This document shows positions 28,581 through 37,294 of a DNA stretch of 56,714 bases, one piece after another. The notes under the pieces are model-generated. The model had not been told where the DNA came from. It worked only from the letters and a program-made list of their open reading frames with translations, and searched no databases. Source of the DNA: Candidatus Magasanikiibacteriota bacterium (GTDB lineage Bacteria; Patescibacteriota; Patescibacteriia; Magasanikbacterales; UBA922); contig JBPOIO010000016.1 of the NCBI GenBank assembly GCA_052034405.1, positions 1 through 56,714 on the forward strand. Direction: 5' to 3'. The position numbers and the translations under genes are program-made. Every line of letters starts with the position of its first letter. Within the stretch, counting starts at the first letter, position 1.

Positions 28581-29228
28581 ATGGGACATAAACGTATAAA
28601 ACTTCTTCGATTTGCCCAGCTTCCTGACTTTGATTTTGTATTTGATGAAAAAAGAAATTTTTCGGCAGATTTGATACAAGAAAAAGCTGCGGGACGACCA
28701 ATTATTTTTGAACTTGGTTGTGGAAAAGGGGATTATACCCTTGGACTTTCTGCCCTTTTTGCGGAAAAGTTTTTTGTTGGTATGGATGTAAAAGGTGAAC
28801 GTATTTGGGTAGGCGCTTCAAAAGTTCAAGAACGGCAACAAAAAAATGTGGCTTTTGTACGTGGACGTATTGAACGAGTTGTAGAATCTTTTCCAGAAAA
28901 TTTTGTGGATGAAATTTGGATTACATTTCCAGATCCTTTTCCTCGAGATAAACAGGCAAAACATCGATTAACATCTCCTCTTTTTTTGGAACGCTATAAA
29001 AAAATAATAAAAAGTAGAGGAATGGTGCATCTCAAGACAGATGATCAAGCACTCTTTGAATATACACTTGATACCATTGAAAAATGCGGTGGAAAAGTGT
29101 TCAAAGCTCTCGCAAATATTTATCAGGAACAAAATCTTGATCCTGTTTTGCAAATTCAAACAGATTTTGAGCGAAAACATCTTCAGAAAGGGCGAAAAAT
29201 ATATTATGTGTCATTTTCTTTGAATTAA
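28581..29228 (+). CDS. trmB: tRNA (guanine-N7)-methyltransferase
   Basis: SAM motif FELGCGKGDY and WITFPDPFPRDKQAKHR. The start is uncertain: the ORF track opens at 28506, and I prefer 28581 (MGHKRIK). Confidence 0.8.
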   Translation: MGHKRIKLLRFAQLPDFDFVFDEKRNFSADLIQEKAAGRPIIFELGCGKGDYTLGLSALFAEKFFVGMDVKGERIWVGASKVQERQQKNVAFVRGRIERVVESFPENFVDEIWITFPDPFPRDKQAKHRLTSPLFLERYKKIIKSRGMVHLKTDDQALFEYTLDTIEKCGGKVFKALANIYQEQNLDPVLQIQTDFERKHLQKGRKIYYVSFSLN

Positions 29229-29235
29229 AAATATA

Positions 29236-29264
29236 TTGACATGATCTGGATACAGAAGTAAAAT
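29236..29264 (+). promoter_or_regulatory. sigma70-type promoter for the antiporter gene
   Basis: TTGACA (29236-29241), 17-nt spacer, TAAAAT (29259-29264). It overlaps a CAGAAGTA/TACTTCTG hairpin plus T-run that can terminate trmB. Confidence 0.5.
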
Positions 29265-29290
29265 ATATACTTCTGTTTTTTATTTTTTGT

Positions 29291-31057
29291 ATGTTGAAGA
29301 AAATGTTGCCATATTTTGGAATTTTTGGAGGCTTGATTGTGACGAGTGTTCTGGCCCATTTTGGGGGTCGTTTGTTCGATTTTTTTCATATGAGTGGAGA
29401 CGCAAGTCTGGTGATTTCTTTTTTTGTGATCTCCATTATTTTTTCTTTAAGTTTTTTTATTTTTCACCTTTCTGTTAAGACGGTAATTCCTTCTTTTGTT
29501 ATTGCTATATTTTTTGGTATTGCTGCGCATCCTTTTTTAAAACCAGTTGTCGAAGAAGGGGAAACACTTTCTACGGTGGTCGCCCTTGGTGCAACACTTA
29601 TATTATTTAGTGGTGGACTTGAAACTCCTTTTGAAAATTTTAAAAAATTGTTTTGGAAAATAACAGCCCTCTCTTTTCCTGGGCTTGTACTGACGAGCTT
29701 CTTATTCTCGGGGGGGCTTTTTTTCCTGGGACATATATTTGGAGTAGAGCTTTCTTTAGTCAGCTGTATTTTACTTGGTGCAGTGCTTGCCTCTACGGAT
29801 CCTGCAGCAATTATTCCTGTGCTCAAAGTCTTGCGTTTTAAAAATCGTTCTACGAAAGATGTGATTGTTTCTGAAAGTGCAATGACGGATGTAACAGGAA
29901 CACTACTTACGATTGTTTTTTTGACTCTTATTACAGGAGGATTTGTATTTTCAAGTATTACACAGGGTTATTCAGCATTATTTAGCAAAGAAGCTGGGAT
30001 GCTTTTGTTGCGTCAGGGAATTTTTGGGGTCATATTTGGTTTTATTGGGTATTTCCTCTTGAGTAAACTAACCAAGTTCAAACAAAGTCATGATGAGGAA
30101 TATGAGGCAGATGCAGCATTTTTTCTTTTTGTTCCTGTTATTATATTTAGTTTTGCACTCTCTCTTGGGGGAAGTGGTTATCTTGCCGCTTTTGTTGCTG
30201 GATTGTTATTTACACTCACAAAACATTTGCATCGTACAGAAGGATTTTTTAATCACATGATCGAAGGATTTTTTAAACCTACGATTTTTATGTTGCTTGG
30301 GGCTTTGGTGGAAATACAGGGACTTTTGGATTATGCGCTTATTGGTATTGTTTCGGCTTTATTATTTATGTTTGTTATTCGTCCTATTTCGGTGTTTGTG
30401 ACACTTGGACCTTTTTCATTTTTTGGGGCGGATCGATTTTCTTGGAAAGAACTTTTATTTATTTCTTTTGTTCGAGAAACAGGAGCAATACCGGCAGTTC
30501 TGTTGGTAACTGTGGTGAGTAGTGGTATTACTGGTCTTGAGGGTTTGGTTCCTATTGGTATGTGGGTTATTCTTTTGACTTTGGTGGTGGAACCCCCACT
30601 TACACCTTGGTTTGCAAAAAAATTGTCTGTTGCGGAAGTTATGAGTGATGATAAAAAAATTCAGCTTAGTAGTGAAATTCCTTTTGTTGTTTTGGTTTCT
30701 CGTGGATATTCTTTTTTGGACCGTCTTTCTTTTGTGGTTGATTGGGCAGATAAACATAAAATTTCTCGAGTCGTTTTATTGCATTGTTTGGAGGATAATT
30801 ATAGTAAAGATCGTGTGACAAAAGTGGAAGAAATATCTGCAGCTGAATTTCAAAAAATAAGTCAGGCTCGGCAAGCTGTAGGTCTTCAAGATATTAAATT
30901 TTCTCTGGTGAGTCGTAAGGGGCTTCTTCACAAAAATATTAAAAGTCTGGCAGAGGAGCAGGATGGGGTTATTGCTATTTTTGTAGGAAGAAAGGTTTTG
31001 GACTTTCGTCTCGAAGAAATCAAGCACTTGAACGTACCACTTTTCTTTATAGATTAA
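29291..31057 (+). CDS. monovalent cation:proton antiporter (CPA1/NhaP-like) with a C-terminal cytoplasmic domain
   Basis: 588 aa, about 11-12 TM helices, LGAVLASTDPAAIIPVL motif typical of Na+/H+ exchangers, soluble tail of about 150 aa. Confidence 0.75.
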   Translation: MLKKMLPYFGIFGGLIVTSVLAHFGGRLFDFFHMSGDASLVISFFVISIIFSLSFFIFHLSVKTVIPSFVIAIFFGIAAHPFLKPVVEEGETLSTVVALGATLILFSGGLETPFENFKKLFWKITALSFPGLVLTSFLFSGGLFFLGHIFGVELSLVSCILLGAVLASTDPAAIIPVLKVLRFKNRSTKDVIVSESAMTDVTGTLLTIVFLTLITGGFVFSSITQGYSALFSKEAGMLLLRQGIFGVIFGFIGYFLLSKLTKFKQSHDEEYEADAAFFLFVPVIIFSFALSLGGSGYLAAFVAGLLFTLTKHLHRTEGFFNHMIEGFFKPTIFMLLGALVEIQGLLDYALIGIVSALLFMFVIRPISVFVTLGPFSFFGADRFSWKELLFISFVRETGAIPAVLLVTVVSSGITGLEGLVPIGMWVILLTLVVEPPLTPWFAKKLSVAEVMSDDKKIQLSSEIPFVVLVSRGYSFLDRLSFVVDWADKHKISRVVLLHCLEDNYSKDRVTKVEEISAAEFQKISQARQAVGLQDIKFSLVSRKGLLHKNIKSLAEEQDGVIAIFVGRKVLDFRLEEIKHLNVPLFFID

Positions 31058-31082
31058 AAATTTGGCTATACATGGCTAAGAC

Positions 31083-31111
31083 TTGACAAAGTCCTGAAAA
31101 TACTGTATAAA
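31083..31111 (+). promoter_or_regulatory. sigma70-type promoter for rplA
   Basis: TTGACA (31083-31088), 17-nt spacer, TATAAA (31106-31111), leaving a leader of about 60 nt. Confidence 0.55.
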
Positions 31112-31177
31112 TAGGCCATTAATTCCGTGGGACTTTCTGACATCCTCAGAGGGGTTTGAACCACTAACCATACATAT

Positions 31178-31858
31178 ATGGGAAAACGTATGAATGCTCT
31201 TGTTGCAAAAATCGACAAGACAAAGACCTACTCACTTGACGAGGCTATCAAGCTGGTCAAAGATACGAGTAACACCAAATTCGACTCATCTGTTGAGGTG
31301 CACATCCGTCTTGGGATTGACCCAAGTAAGAGTGACCAACAAATCCGCGCTACTGTGAGTCTTCCTCATGGAAATGGAAAAACAAAATCAGTCGGAGCTT
31401 TTGTAGGACCAAATGATGAAAAAGCTGCAAAAGAAGCTGGTGCTGACTTTATCTACGGTGAAGAAGAAATCAAAAAATTGAAAGATACTGGTAAAATTGA
31501 ATTTGATATTGCTGTTGCAACTCCAGAAATGATGCCTAAATTGGCAATTGTTGCAAAAATCCTTGGTCCAAAAGGACTCATGCCAAATCCAAAAACAGAT
31601 ACTGTAAGTAGTGATGTAAAGAAAATGATTGGAGAGCTCAAAAAAGGAAAAATTGCTTTCAAAAATGACGATGGAGCAAACATCCATACTTCAATTGGTA
31701 AAGCAAGTTTCTCAGAAGTGCAACTCAAAGAAAATATCTTGGCTTTTGTAGATACTATCAAAAAAATCAAACCAAGTGGTTCAAAAGGAACTTATCTCAA
31801 AGCACTGTACTTGACTTCAAGTATGGGTCCAAGTGTAAAAACTGATATCCCAGTATAA
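31178..31858 (+). CDS. rplA: 50S ribosomal protein L1
   Basis: 226 aa. Typical L1 sequence (FDSSVEVHIRLGIDPSKSDQQIRATVSLPHG, KILGPKGLMPNPK). Confidence 0.95.
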   Translation: MGKRMNALVAKIDKTKTYSLDEAIKLVKDTSNTKFDSSVEVHIRLGIDPSKSDQQIRATVSLPHGNGKTKSVGAFVGPNDEKAAKEAGADFIYGEEEIKKLKDTGKIEFDIAVATPEMMPKLAIVAKILGPKGLMPNPKTDTVSSDVKKMIGELKKGKIAFKNDDGANIHTSIGKASFSEVQLKENILAFVDTIKKIKPSGSKGTYLKALYLTSSMGPSVKTDIPV

Positions 31859-31875
31859 TACCATTATAATTTCGA

Positions 31876-31907
31876 AAACACTGCCATAAAAAGGCGGTGT
31901 TTTTTTC
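31876..31907 (+). terminator. rho-independent terminator after rplA
   Basis: Stem AACACTGCC/GGCGGTGTT (one G-U), 7-nt loop, T7. Confidence 0.7.
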
Positions 31908-31973
31908 TTTATTTGACGCTTCGGACTGCTATTTGATACACTTCCTAGGAACTAAAAAATTAAGCTATTTTTT

Positions 31974-32462
31974 ATGCCAGAAACATACATTCGACCTTCT
32001 TGGGATGAGTATTTTATGGAGATTTCACGAACAGTAGCCAAACGGGCTACCTGTGATCGTGGAAGATCTGGCTGCGTGATTGTTCGGGATAAACAAATTT
32101 TGGTGACTGGCTATGTGGGTTCCCCAAGTGGTTTGCCTCACTGTGACGAAATAGGGCATCAGATGAAGACTATGACCCATGAAGATGGGCATCAGACCAA
32201 TCACTGTGTTCGTACTACTCATGCCGAGCAAAATGCTATTGTGCAGGCTGCCCGTAATGGTGTTTCTATAAATAACTCGACATTATATTGTAAAATGACT
32301 CCTTGTTCTGTTTGTGCTCGTCTTATTATTAGCTCGGGGGTAAAAAGAATAGTCTGTGAAAAACGCTATCATGCAGGAAGTGAAAGTGAAGAGATGTTTT
32401 GTCAAGTAGGAATGGAACTAGAATATTTTGATGAATCTATAGAACAGTATTCAAATCAGTAA
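31974..32462 (+). CDS. deoxycytidylate (dCMP) deaminase
   Basis: 162 aa. Zinc motifs HAEQNA and PCSVCA, and dCMP-deaminase-type length and spacing. Confidence 0.85.
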   Translation: MPETYIRPSWDEYFMEISRTVAKRATCDRGRSGCVIVRDKQILVTGYVGSPSGLPHCDEIGHQMKTMTHEDGHQTNHCVRTTHAEQNAIVQAARNGVSINNSTLYCKMTPCSVCARLIISSGVKRIVCEKRYHAGSESEEMFCQVGMELEYFDESIEQYSNQ

Positions 32463-32486
32463 TTTTTAAATTTTTTGTGGTATTTT

Positions 32487-33041
32487 ATGTCAAAAGTTAT
32501 ATTTGGTTTTACTGGACTTATAGCGAGTGGAAAGGGAACTGCCGCAAAATATGTAGAAGAAAAATATGGTGCTGATACCCATCGTTTTTCTACTATGCTT
32601 CGTCATCTTTTGGACCGTATTTATGTACCACAAACACGAGATAATATTATCAAAATTTCAGAAGCAATACGTTCGCTTTTTGGTGAAGATATTATGGCAA
32701 AAACTATTGCTCATGATGTAGAAAATGATACGAATGATATTGTTGTAGTAGAAGGGATTCGTAGACCCGCAGACATTGCCTATCTTCGTGAACTTCCACA
32801 TTTTGTACTTGTTGAAATTTTTGGTGATCCAAAAATTCGCTATGAAAGACTGGTTCAACGAGGAGAAAATGCAGATGATACCAGTAAAACCTACGAACAA
32901 TTTTTGGCAGACCATGAACGTTCTACTGAAAAAAGTATTTTGGAAGTAGTACCTCTTGCAAAAGAAAGAATTGACAACAATGGTGATCAAGAAAATCTCC
33001 ATAAACAACTGGATGCTTTGGTAGAAAAATATACACGATAA
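32487..33041 (+). CDS. P-loop nucleotide kinase (dNMP-kinase / dephospho-CoA-kinase-like fold)
   Basis: P-loop GFTGLIASGKGT at the N-terminus, about 185 aa, embedded in the dTTP operon. The substrate cannot be read from the sequence. Confidence 0.5.
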   Translation: MSKVIFGFTGLIASGKGTAAKYVEEKYGADTHRFSTMLRHLLDRIYVPQTRDNIIKISEAIRSLFGEDIMAKTIAHDVENDTNDIVVVEGIRRPADIAYLRELPHFVLVEIFGDPKIRYERLVQRGENADDTSKTYEQFLADHERSTEKSILEVVPLAKERIDNNGDQENLHKQLDALVEKYTR

Positions 33042-33043
33042 CT

Positions 33044-33475
33044 ATGCAAGTAAAAATAAAACGAATTGACAAAACTTTGCCATTACCAGAATATCAAACA
33101 TCTGGCGCTGTTGCCTTTGATATTTATAGTCGTATTGATTTGAAAATTGCTCCAAAAACTGTTGCTCGAATTCCAACAAATTTGGTTATTGCTATTCCAA
33201 AAGGGTACATGCTTTCGGTAGTCACTCGTTCGAGTACTCCGGTAAAAAAAGGTTTGCTTATCCCACATGGCATGGGTGTGATTGACCAAGACTATTGTGG
33301 GGATACAGACGAACTATTGTATCAAGTGTATAATTTTACAGAAGAAGAAGTGAATGTTGATCGGGGTGAGCGTATTGGTCAGGCAATGTTTTTGCGTGTG
33401 GATCAAATGACCTGGGAAGAAGTTGAGAGTATGGATGCAAAAGATCGGGGTGGATTTGGAACGACGGGGTCTTAA
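33044..33475 (+). CDS. dut: dUTP diphosphatase (trimeric dUTPase)
   Basis: 143 aa. GVIDQDYCGD motif 3 and the C-terminal RGGFGTTG motif 5. Confidence 0.85.
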   Translation: MQVKIKRIDKTLPLPEYQTSGAVAFDIYSRIDLKIAPKTVARIPTNLVIAIPKGYMLSVVTRSSTPVKKGLLIPHGMGVIDQDYCGDTDELLYQVYNFTEEEVNVDRGERIGQAMFLRVDQMTWEEVESMDAKDRGGFGTTGS

Positions 33476-33486
33476 TTTCATTTTTT

Positions 33487-34359
33487 ATGAAAGCATATTT
33501 GGACATTGTTCAAAAAATTTTAGATAAAGGAGAGCTCAAAAATAATCGTACTGGTGTTGATGCTATTTCCATTGCTGGAGCCATGTTTGAGCATGATATG
33601 AGCCTGGGTTTTCCAATGCTTACGACCAAAAAAGTTCCTTTTAAAGCAGTCGCTTCGGAACTGGAATTTTTTGTGAAAGGAATTACGGATAAAGCCTGGC
33701 TTCAAGAGAGAAATAATCATATTTGGGATGAATGGGCAAATCCTCAAAAAGCACCCTATGGTCACGATGAAATTTCAAAGAAAAAAATGTTTGAGCAGCG
33801 TGATCTTGGTGCTGTTTATGGCTTTCAATGGCGACATTTTAATGGAAAATACGATAATTTTGATACAGATTATACAGGTGTTGGTGTAGACCAGCTCAAA
33901 AAGCTTGTTGATACTTTGAAGTCAAATCCAAATGATCGTCGTATGATTGTTTGTGCCTGGAACCCAGCTATGATGGACCAAATGGGATTGCCTCCCTGTC
34001 ATTATGCCTTCCAAGTAACGGTGATTCATGGAAAACTTAATTTGCTCTGGAATCAAAGATCGGTTGATACAATGCTTGGACTCCCTTTTAATATCGCAAG
34101 TTATGCATTGCTTTTGCATTTATTGGCAAAAGAAGCAGGGCTCCAAGAAGGAAAATTGGTAGGCTTTTTGGCAGATACGCATATTTATGTAAATCATATT
34201 GAAGGAGCTCGTGAGCAGTTGACTCGGGATCCAAATAAATATCCACTTCCAAAAATTGAAACAGAAAACTTCACTTCAATTTTTGATTGGAAATATACAG
34301 ATTCCAAAATTGTTGGCTATGAAAGTTATCCAAAAATTGAGTTTCCTATTGCTGTATGA
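33487..34359 (+). CDS. thyA: thymidylate synthase (ThyA type)
   Basis: 290 aa. RTGVD, LPPCHYAFQ catalytic Cys, DTHIYVNH. Confidence 0.95.
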   Translation: MKAYLDIVQKILDKGELKNNRTGVDAISIAGAMFEHDMSLGFPMLTTKKVPFKAVASELEFFVKGITDKAWLQERNNHIWDEWANPQKAPYGHDEISKKKMFEQRDLGAVYGFQWRHFNGKYDNFDTDYTGVGVDQLKKLVDTLKSNPNDRRMIVCAWNPAMMDQMGLPPCHYAFQVTVIHGKLNLLWNQRSVDTMLGLPFNIASYALLLHLLAKEAGLQEGKLVGFLADTHIYVNHIEGAREQLTRDPNKYPLPKIETENFTSIFDWKYTDSKIVGYESYPKIEFPIAV

Positions 34360-34826
34360 TTACTCTGATTGCGGCCTTGGCCGAAAACAATTGTATTGGT
34401 AAAAATGGAACATTACCCTGGCATATTCCAGAAGATTTAGCTCATTTTAAAGAATTAACAAATGGGAAAATCGTTTTGATGGGTCGAAAAACTTGGGAGT
34501 CACTTCCAGAAAAGTTTCGACCACTTCCAAATAGAAAAAATATTGTAATTAGTCGACAAAAAGGATATGAGCTTCCTGCTGATGTTGAAATTTTTGATGA
34601 GATCACAGATGCTTTCAAAAAATACCAGAAGGATGAAATTTTTGTTATTGGTGGAGCAGAAATATATCGTCAAAGTATTGAAGCTGCGGATATTTTGGAA
34701 ATTACGAGAGTGCATCAGGTTGTTGATGGTGATGCGTTTTTTCCTGAAATAAAAAAAGATATTTGGGAAGAAGTAGGTCGTATTGATTTTGAAAAATTTT
34801 CTTTTTTAAGATATAAAAAGATATAA
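34356..34826 (+). CDS. folA: dihydrofolate reductase
   Basis: 156 aa. IGKNGTLPW, LMGRKTWESLP, VIGGAEIY. ATGA overlap with thyA. Confidence 0.85.
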   Translation: MITLIAALAENNCIGKNGTLPWHIPEDLAHFKELTNGKIVLMGRKTWESLPEKFRPLPNRKNIVISRQKGYELPADVEIFDEITDAFKKYQKDEIFVIGGAEIYRQSIEAADILEITRVHQVVDGDAFFPEIKKDIWEEVGRIDFEKFSFLRYKKI

Positions 34827-34836
34827 TTTATCTTGT

Positions 34837-35520
34837 ATGCAAGGACATTTTATTGTGATTGAAGGAACCGATGGATCAGGAAAGGGAACACAAACGGATC
34901 TTTTGGTGCAACGTTTGAAACAAGAAGGACGTGAAGTTGAAGTAATGTCTTTTCCTCGCTATGGTGAACCAAGTTGTGCGCTTGTTGAATATTATCTCAA
35001 TGGCAAATTGGGAAGTTTGCAAGATATTAATCCTTACAAAGGTTCGATTTTTTATGCTGTTGATCGTTATGTTGCAAGTTTCAAAATCCGTAGCTGGATA
35101 CTCGAGAATAAAATTGTGATTTGTAATCGCTATGTTGGTTCAAATATGGGACATCAGGGTGGAAAAATAAAAGACAGCGATGAACGTCAAAAATATTTTG
35201 ATTGGAATTATGATCTTGAATACAATATTTTTGGTATACCAAAACCAGATATCAATATTGTACTTCATGTGACGCCAGAAATTTCTCAGACTTTGGTGGA
35301 TAAAAAGGCAAGTCGTGAGTACCTCAATGGGAAGAAACGTGATATTCATGAAGATGATCTCAATCATTTGCGCAATGCTGAATCAAGCTATCTTCAAATG
35401 GCCAAAAGTTTTGCGGAGTTTCGTTTGCTTGACTGTGTAGAGAATGGCAGTCTTCTTTCTGTAGAAGCAATTCACTCAAAAATTTATACACTTTTGAAAG
35501 AAGAACTTAAGCTGGCATAG
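34837..35520 (+). CDS. tmk: thymidylate kinase
   Basis: 227 aa. P-loop IEGTDGSGKGTQ and the DRY-type motif (AVDRYV). Confidence 0.85.
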   Translation: MQGHFIVIEGTDGSGKGTQTDLLVQRLKQEGREVEVMSFPRYGEPSCALVEYYLNGKLGSLQDINPYKGSIFYAVDRYVASFKIRSWILENKIVICNRYVGSNMGHQGGKIKDSDERQKYFDWNYDLEYNIFGIPKPDINIVLHVTPEISQTLVDKKASREYLNGKKRDIHEDDLNHLRNAESSYLQMAKSFAEFRLLDCVENGSLLSVEAIHSKIYTLLKEELKLA

Positions 35521-35567
35521 CGAGAAAAAAAGTGCTATAATTAATCTAGATATTCGTTTTTTATTTT

Positions 35568-36428
35568 TTGTATATGTTTATTAGTGCTGGGGGAGTGGTC
35601 AAACGCTCTATTGAGGTGTATCGCGCAAATTTTGCAAGCCTTATGCGCTATGTAGGGCTTGTATTTGGTCTTGGTTTGCTGGCTGTCGTGGTGCTCGTTG
35701 TTGGTTTATTCGCTCTTGTAGGTCTTCAGGCTCCGAGTGCGGGTGATTTGATGGGTATTTTTTCTATGCTTTCTGGATCACTTCTTGTCTTTTTGATTAT
35801 TTGGGCCATTGTATTTTTTTTCTTGAGTTTGTGGGTTGAAATTGCCTTTATGCGAACAGTATCGCGTGCAGTTCTTGGGCAGCCAAAACTATCTATTGCT
35901 GAAGAATGGAAACAGAGTCGTCCTTTGATTGCTCGAACACTTGGTACTTCAATTGTAATAGGTTTTATTGTTACGCTACCTTTTCTCTTGGGTATTTTTG
36001 GTTGGATGTATACTCGTTTGGCTCCTTCACTTGGTGCTCAAAGTGGAGCATTGGGGCTTGTTTTCACTCTTTTGTCTATCTATGGATTTTTCCATATGAT
36101 ATATTTCTCTGTTCGTTTTTGTTTTAGTACTCTTGGGGTTGTTGTTGATGGATATGGTATAAAAGAATCTCTCCAAAAAAGTTCTGCTTTGGTAAAAGGA
36201 CGTTGGTGGGGAATTTTGTGGAGAATGTTTGTTGTGATGTTGGCACTGATTGTCCCATATTATATTTTATTATTCCTTGGAGGGATAAAAGGTTTTGTAG
36301 GAATATTTTTTAGTCTTGCTACCTTTGCCTATTATATCTTGTGTCTTATTCCACTCGCTATGATACCTTCTCAGGTTATCTATACGAGTGCCAAAGAGTC
36401 TTCTCCTGAGAAAACTCCAGCACAGTAA
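35568..36428 (+). CDS. polytopic membrane protein (paralogue 1)
   Basis: 286 aa, 5-6 TM. Shares the YGFFHMIYFSVRF, VVVDGYG and ILWR motifs with the next gene. Confidence 0.55.
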   Translation: MYMFISAGGVVKRSIEVYRANFASLMRYVGLVFGLGLLAVVVLVVGLFALVGLQAPSAGDLMGIFSMLSGSLLVFLIIWAIVFFFLSLWVEIAFMRTVSRAVLGQPKLSIAEEWKQSRPLIARTLGTSIVIGFIVTLPFLLGIFGWMYTRLAPSLGAQSGALGLVFTLLSIYGFFHMIYFSVRFCFSTLGVVVDGYGIKESLQKSSALVKGRWWGILWRMFVVMLALIVPYYILLFLGGIKGFVGIFFSLATFAYYILCLIPLAMIPSQVIYTSAKESSPEKTPAQ

Positions 36429-36438
36429 AATTTTTTGT

Positions 36439-37293
36439 ATGCTTATTTCAGCCAAAGAAATTATCAATAAAACACTTGAGCTCTTTAAAAGAGATATTCG
36501 AGTTTGGCTTTTTTATATTGGCGTAAATTTTGCCACAGCTCTTTTGGGATCTTTTTTGATCTTTAATGCAAAAATATTATTGTTTTTTGCAACTCTGGGT
36601 ATCTCTTCTACGGTGATGTTGTTTTTGAACATGCTTTTTGTCCTTCTTGTAACTCTTATAAATATATGGGTTCAATTGGCACTTATTCGAACTATTCATT
36701 ATCGACTTTTTAATCAAGAAGTGAAAAGTATAAAAAACCAGTTTATTCAAAGTAAACATCTTTTGCCACGGGCTATTGCTGTTTCTCTGTTGGTGACGAT
36801 AATTGCGTCTCTCCCTTTTGTTTTGGGTGTTGTTGGACTTGGGTTAACAGGTTTTGAATCTTTGATCCATGGAAATATCAAAGCAGGGGGGCTTCTGTAT
36901 TTGTTTTTTGGTTTGTTACTAGTATATGGTATATTTCATAGTATTTATTTTTCTTTGAAATATGTTTTGAGTTATTATGTTGTTGCTATTGATGAAACAA
37001 GTGTAACTCAAAGTTTGCACCTTGGAAGTAAAATGGTAACAGGAAGAATGCCAAGTATTTTGTGGCGCTTAATGATTCCTTTGATTTTATTTTTACTTGT
37101 ATATATCTTTGGAAATTATATTTTTGTCGCTTTTGCTGCTTGGCTTGATAATAGGTTTGTAACTTCATTTGCTGGATTATTATCTTTATTTGTAAGTGCC
37201 CTTGTTGCTCTTTGGACTATTATTGCTACGGTAATTTTATTTGAAGATGCCAAAGCAAAACCTGTTGTAGATCTTGAAGTAAAAAAGGCTTAG
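36439..37293 (+). CDS. polytopic membrane protein (paralogue 2)
   Basis: Start moved to the ATG at 36439 (MLISAKE), downstream of the previous stop. Motifs YGIFHSIYFSLKY, VVAIDETS and ILWR are colinear with paralogue 1. Confidence 0.55.
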   Translation: MLISAKEIINKTLELFKRDIRVWLFYIGVNFATALLGSFLIFNAKILLFFATLGISSTVMLFLNMLFVLLVTLINIWVQLALIRTIHYRLFNQEVKSIKNQFIQSKHLLPRAIAVSLLVTIIASLPFVLGVVGLGLTGFESLIHGNIKAGGLLYLFFGLLLVYGIFHSIYFSLKYVLSYYVVAIDETSVTQSLHLGSKMVTGRMPSILWRLMIPLILFLLVYIFGNYIFVAFAAWLDNRFVTSFAGLLSLFVSALVALWTIIATVILFEDAKAKPVVDLEVKKA

Positions 37294-37294
37294 T

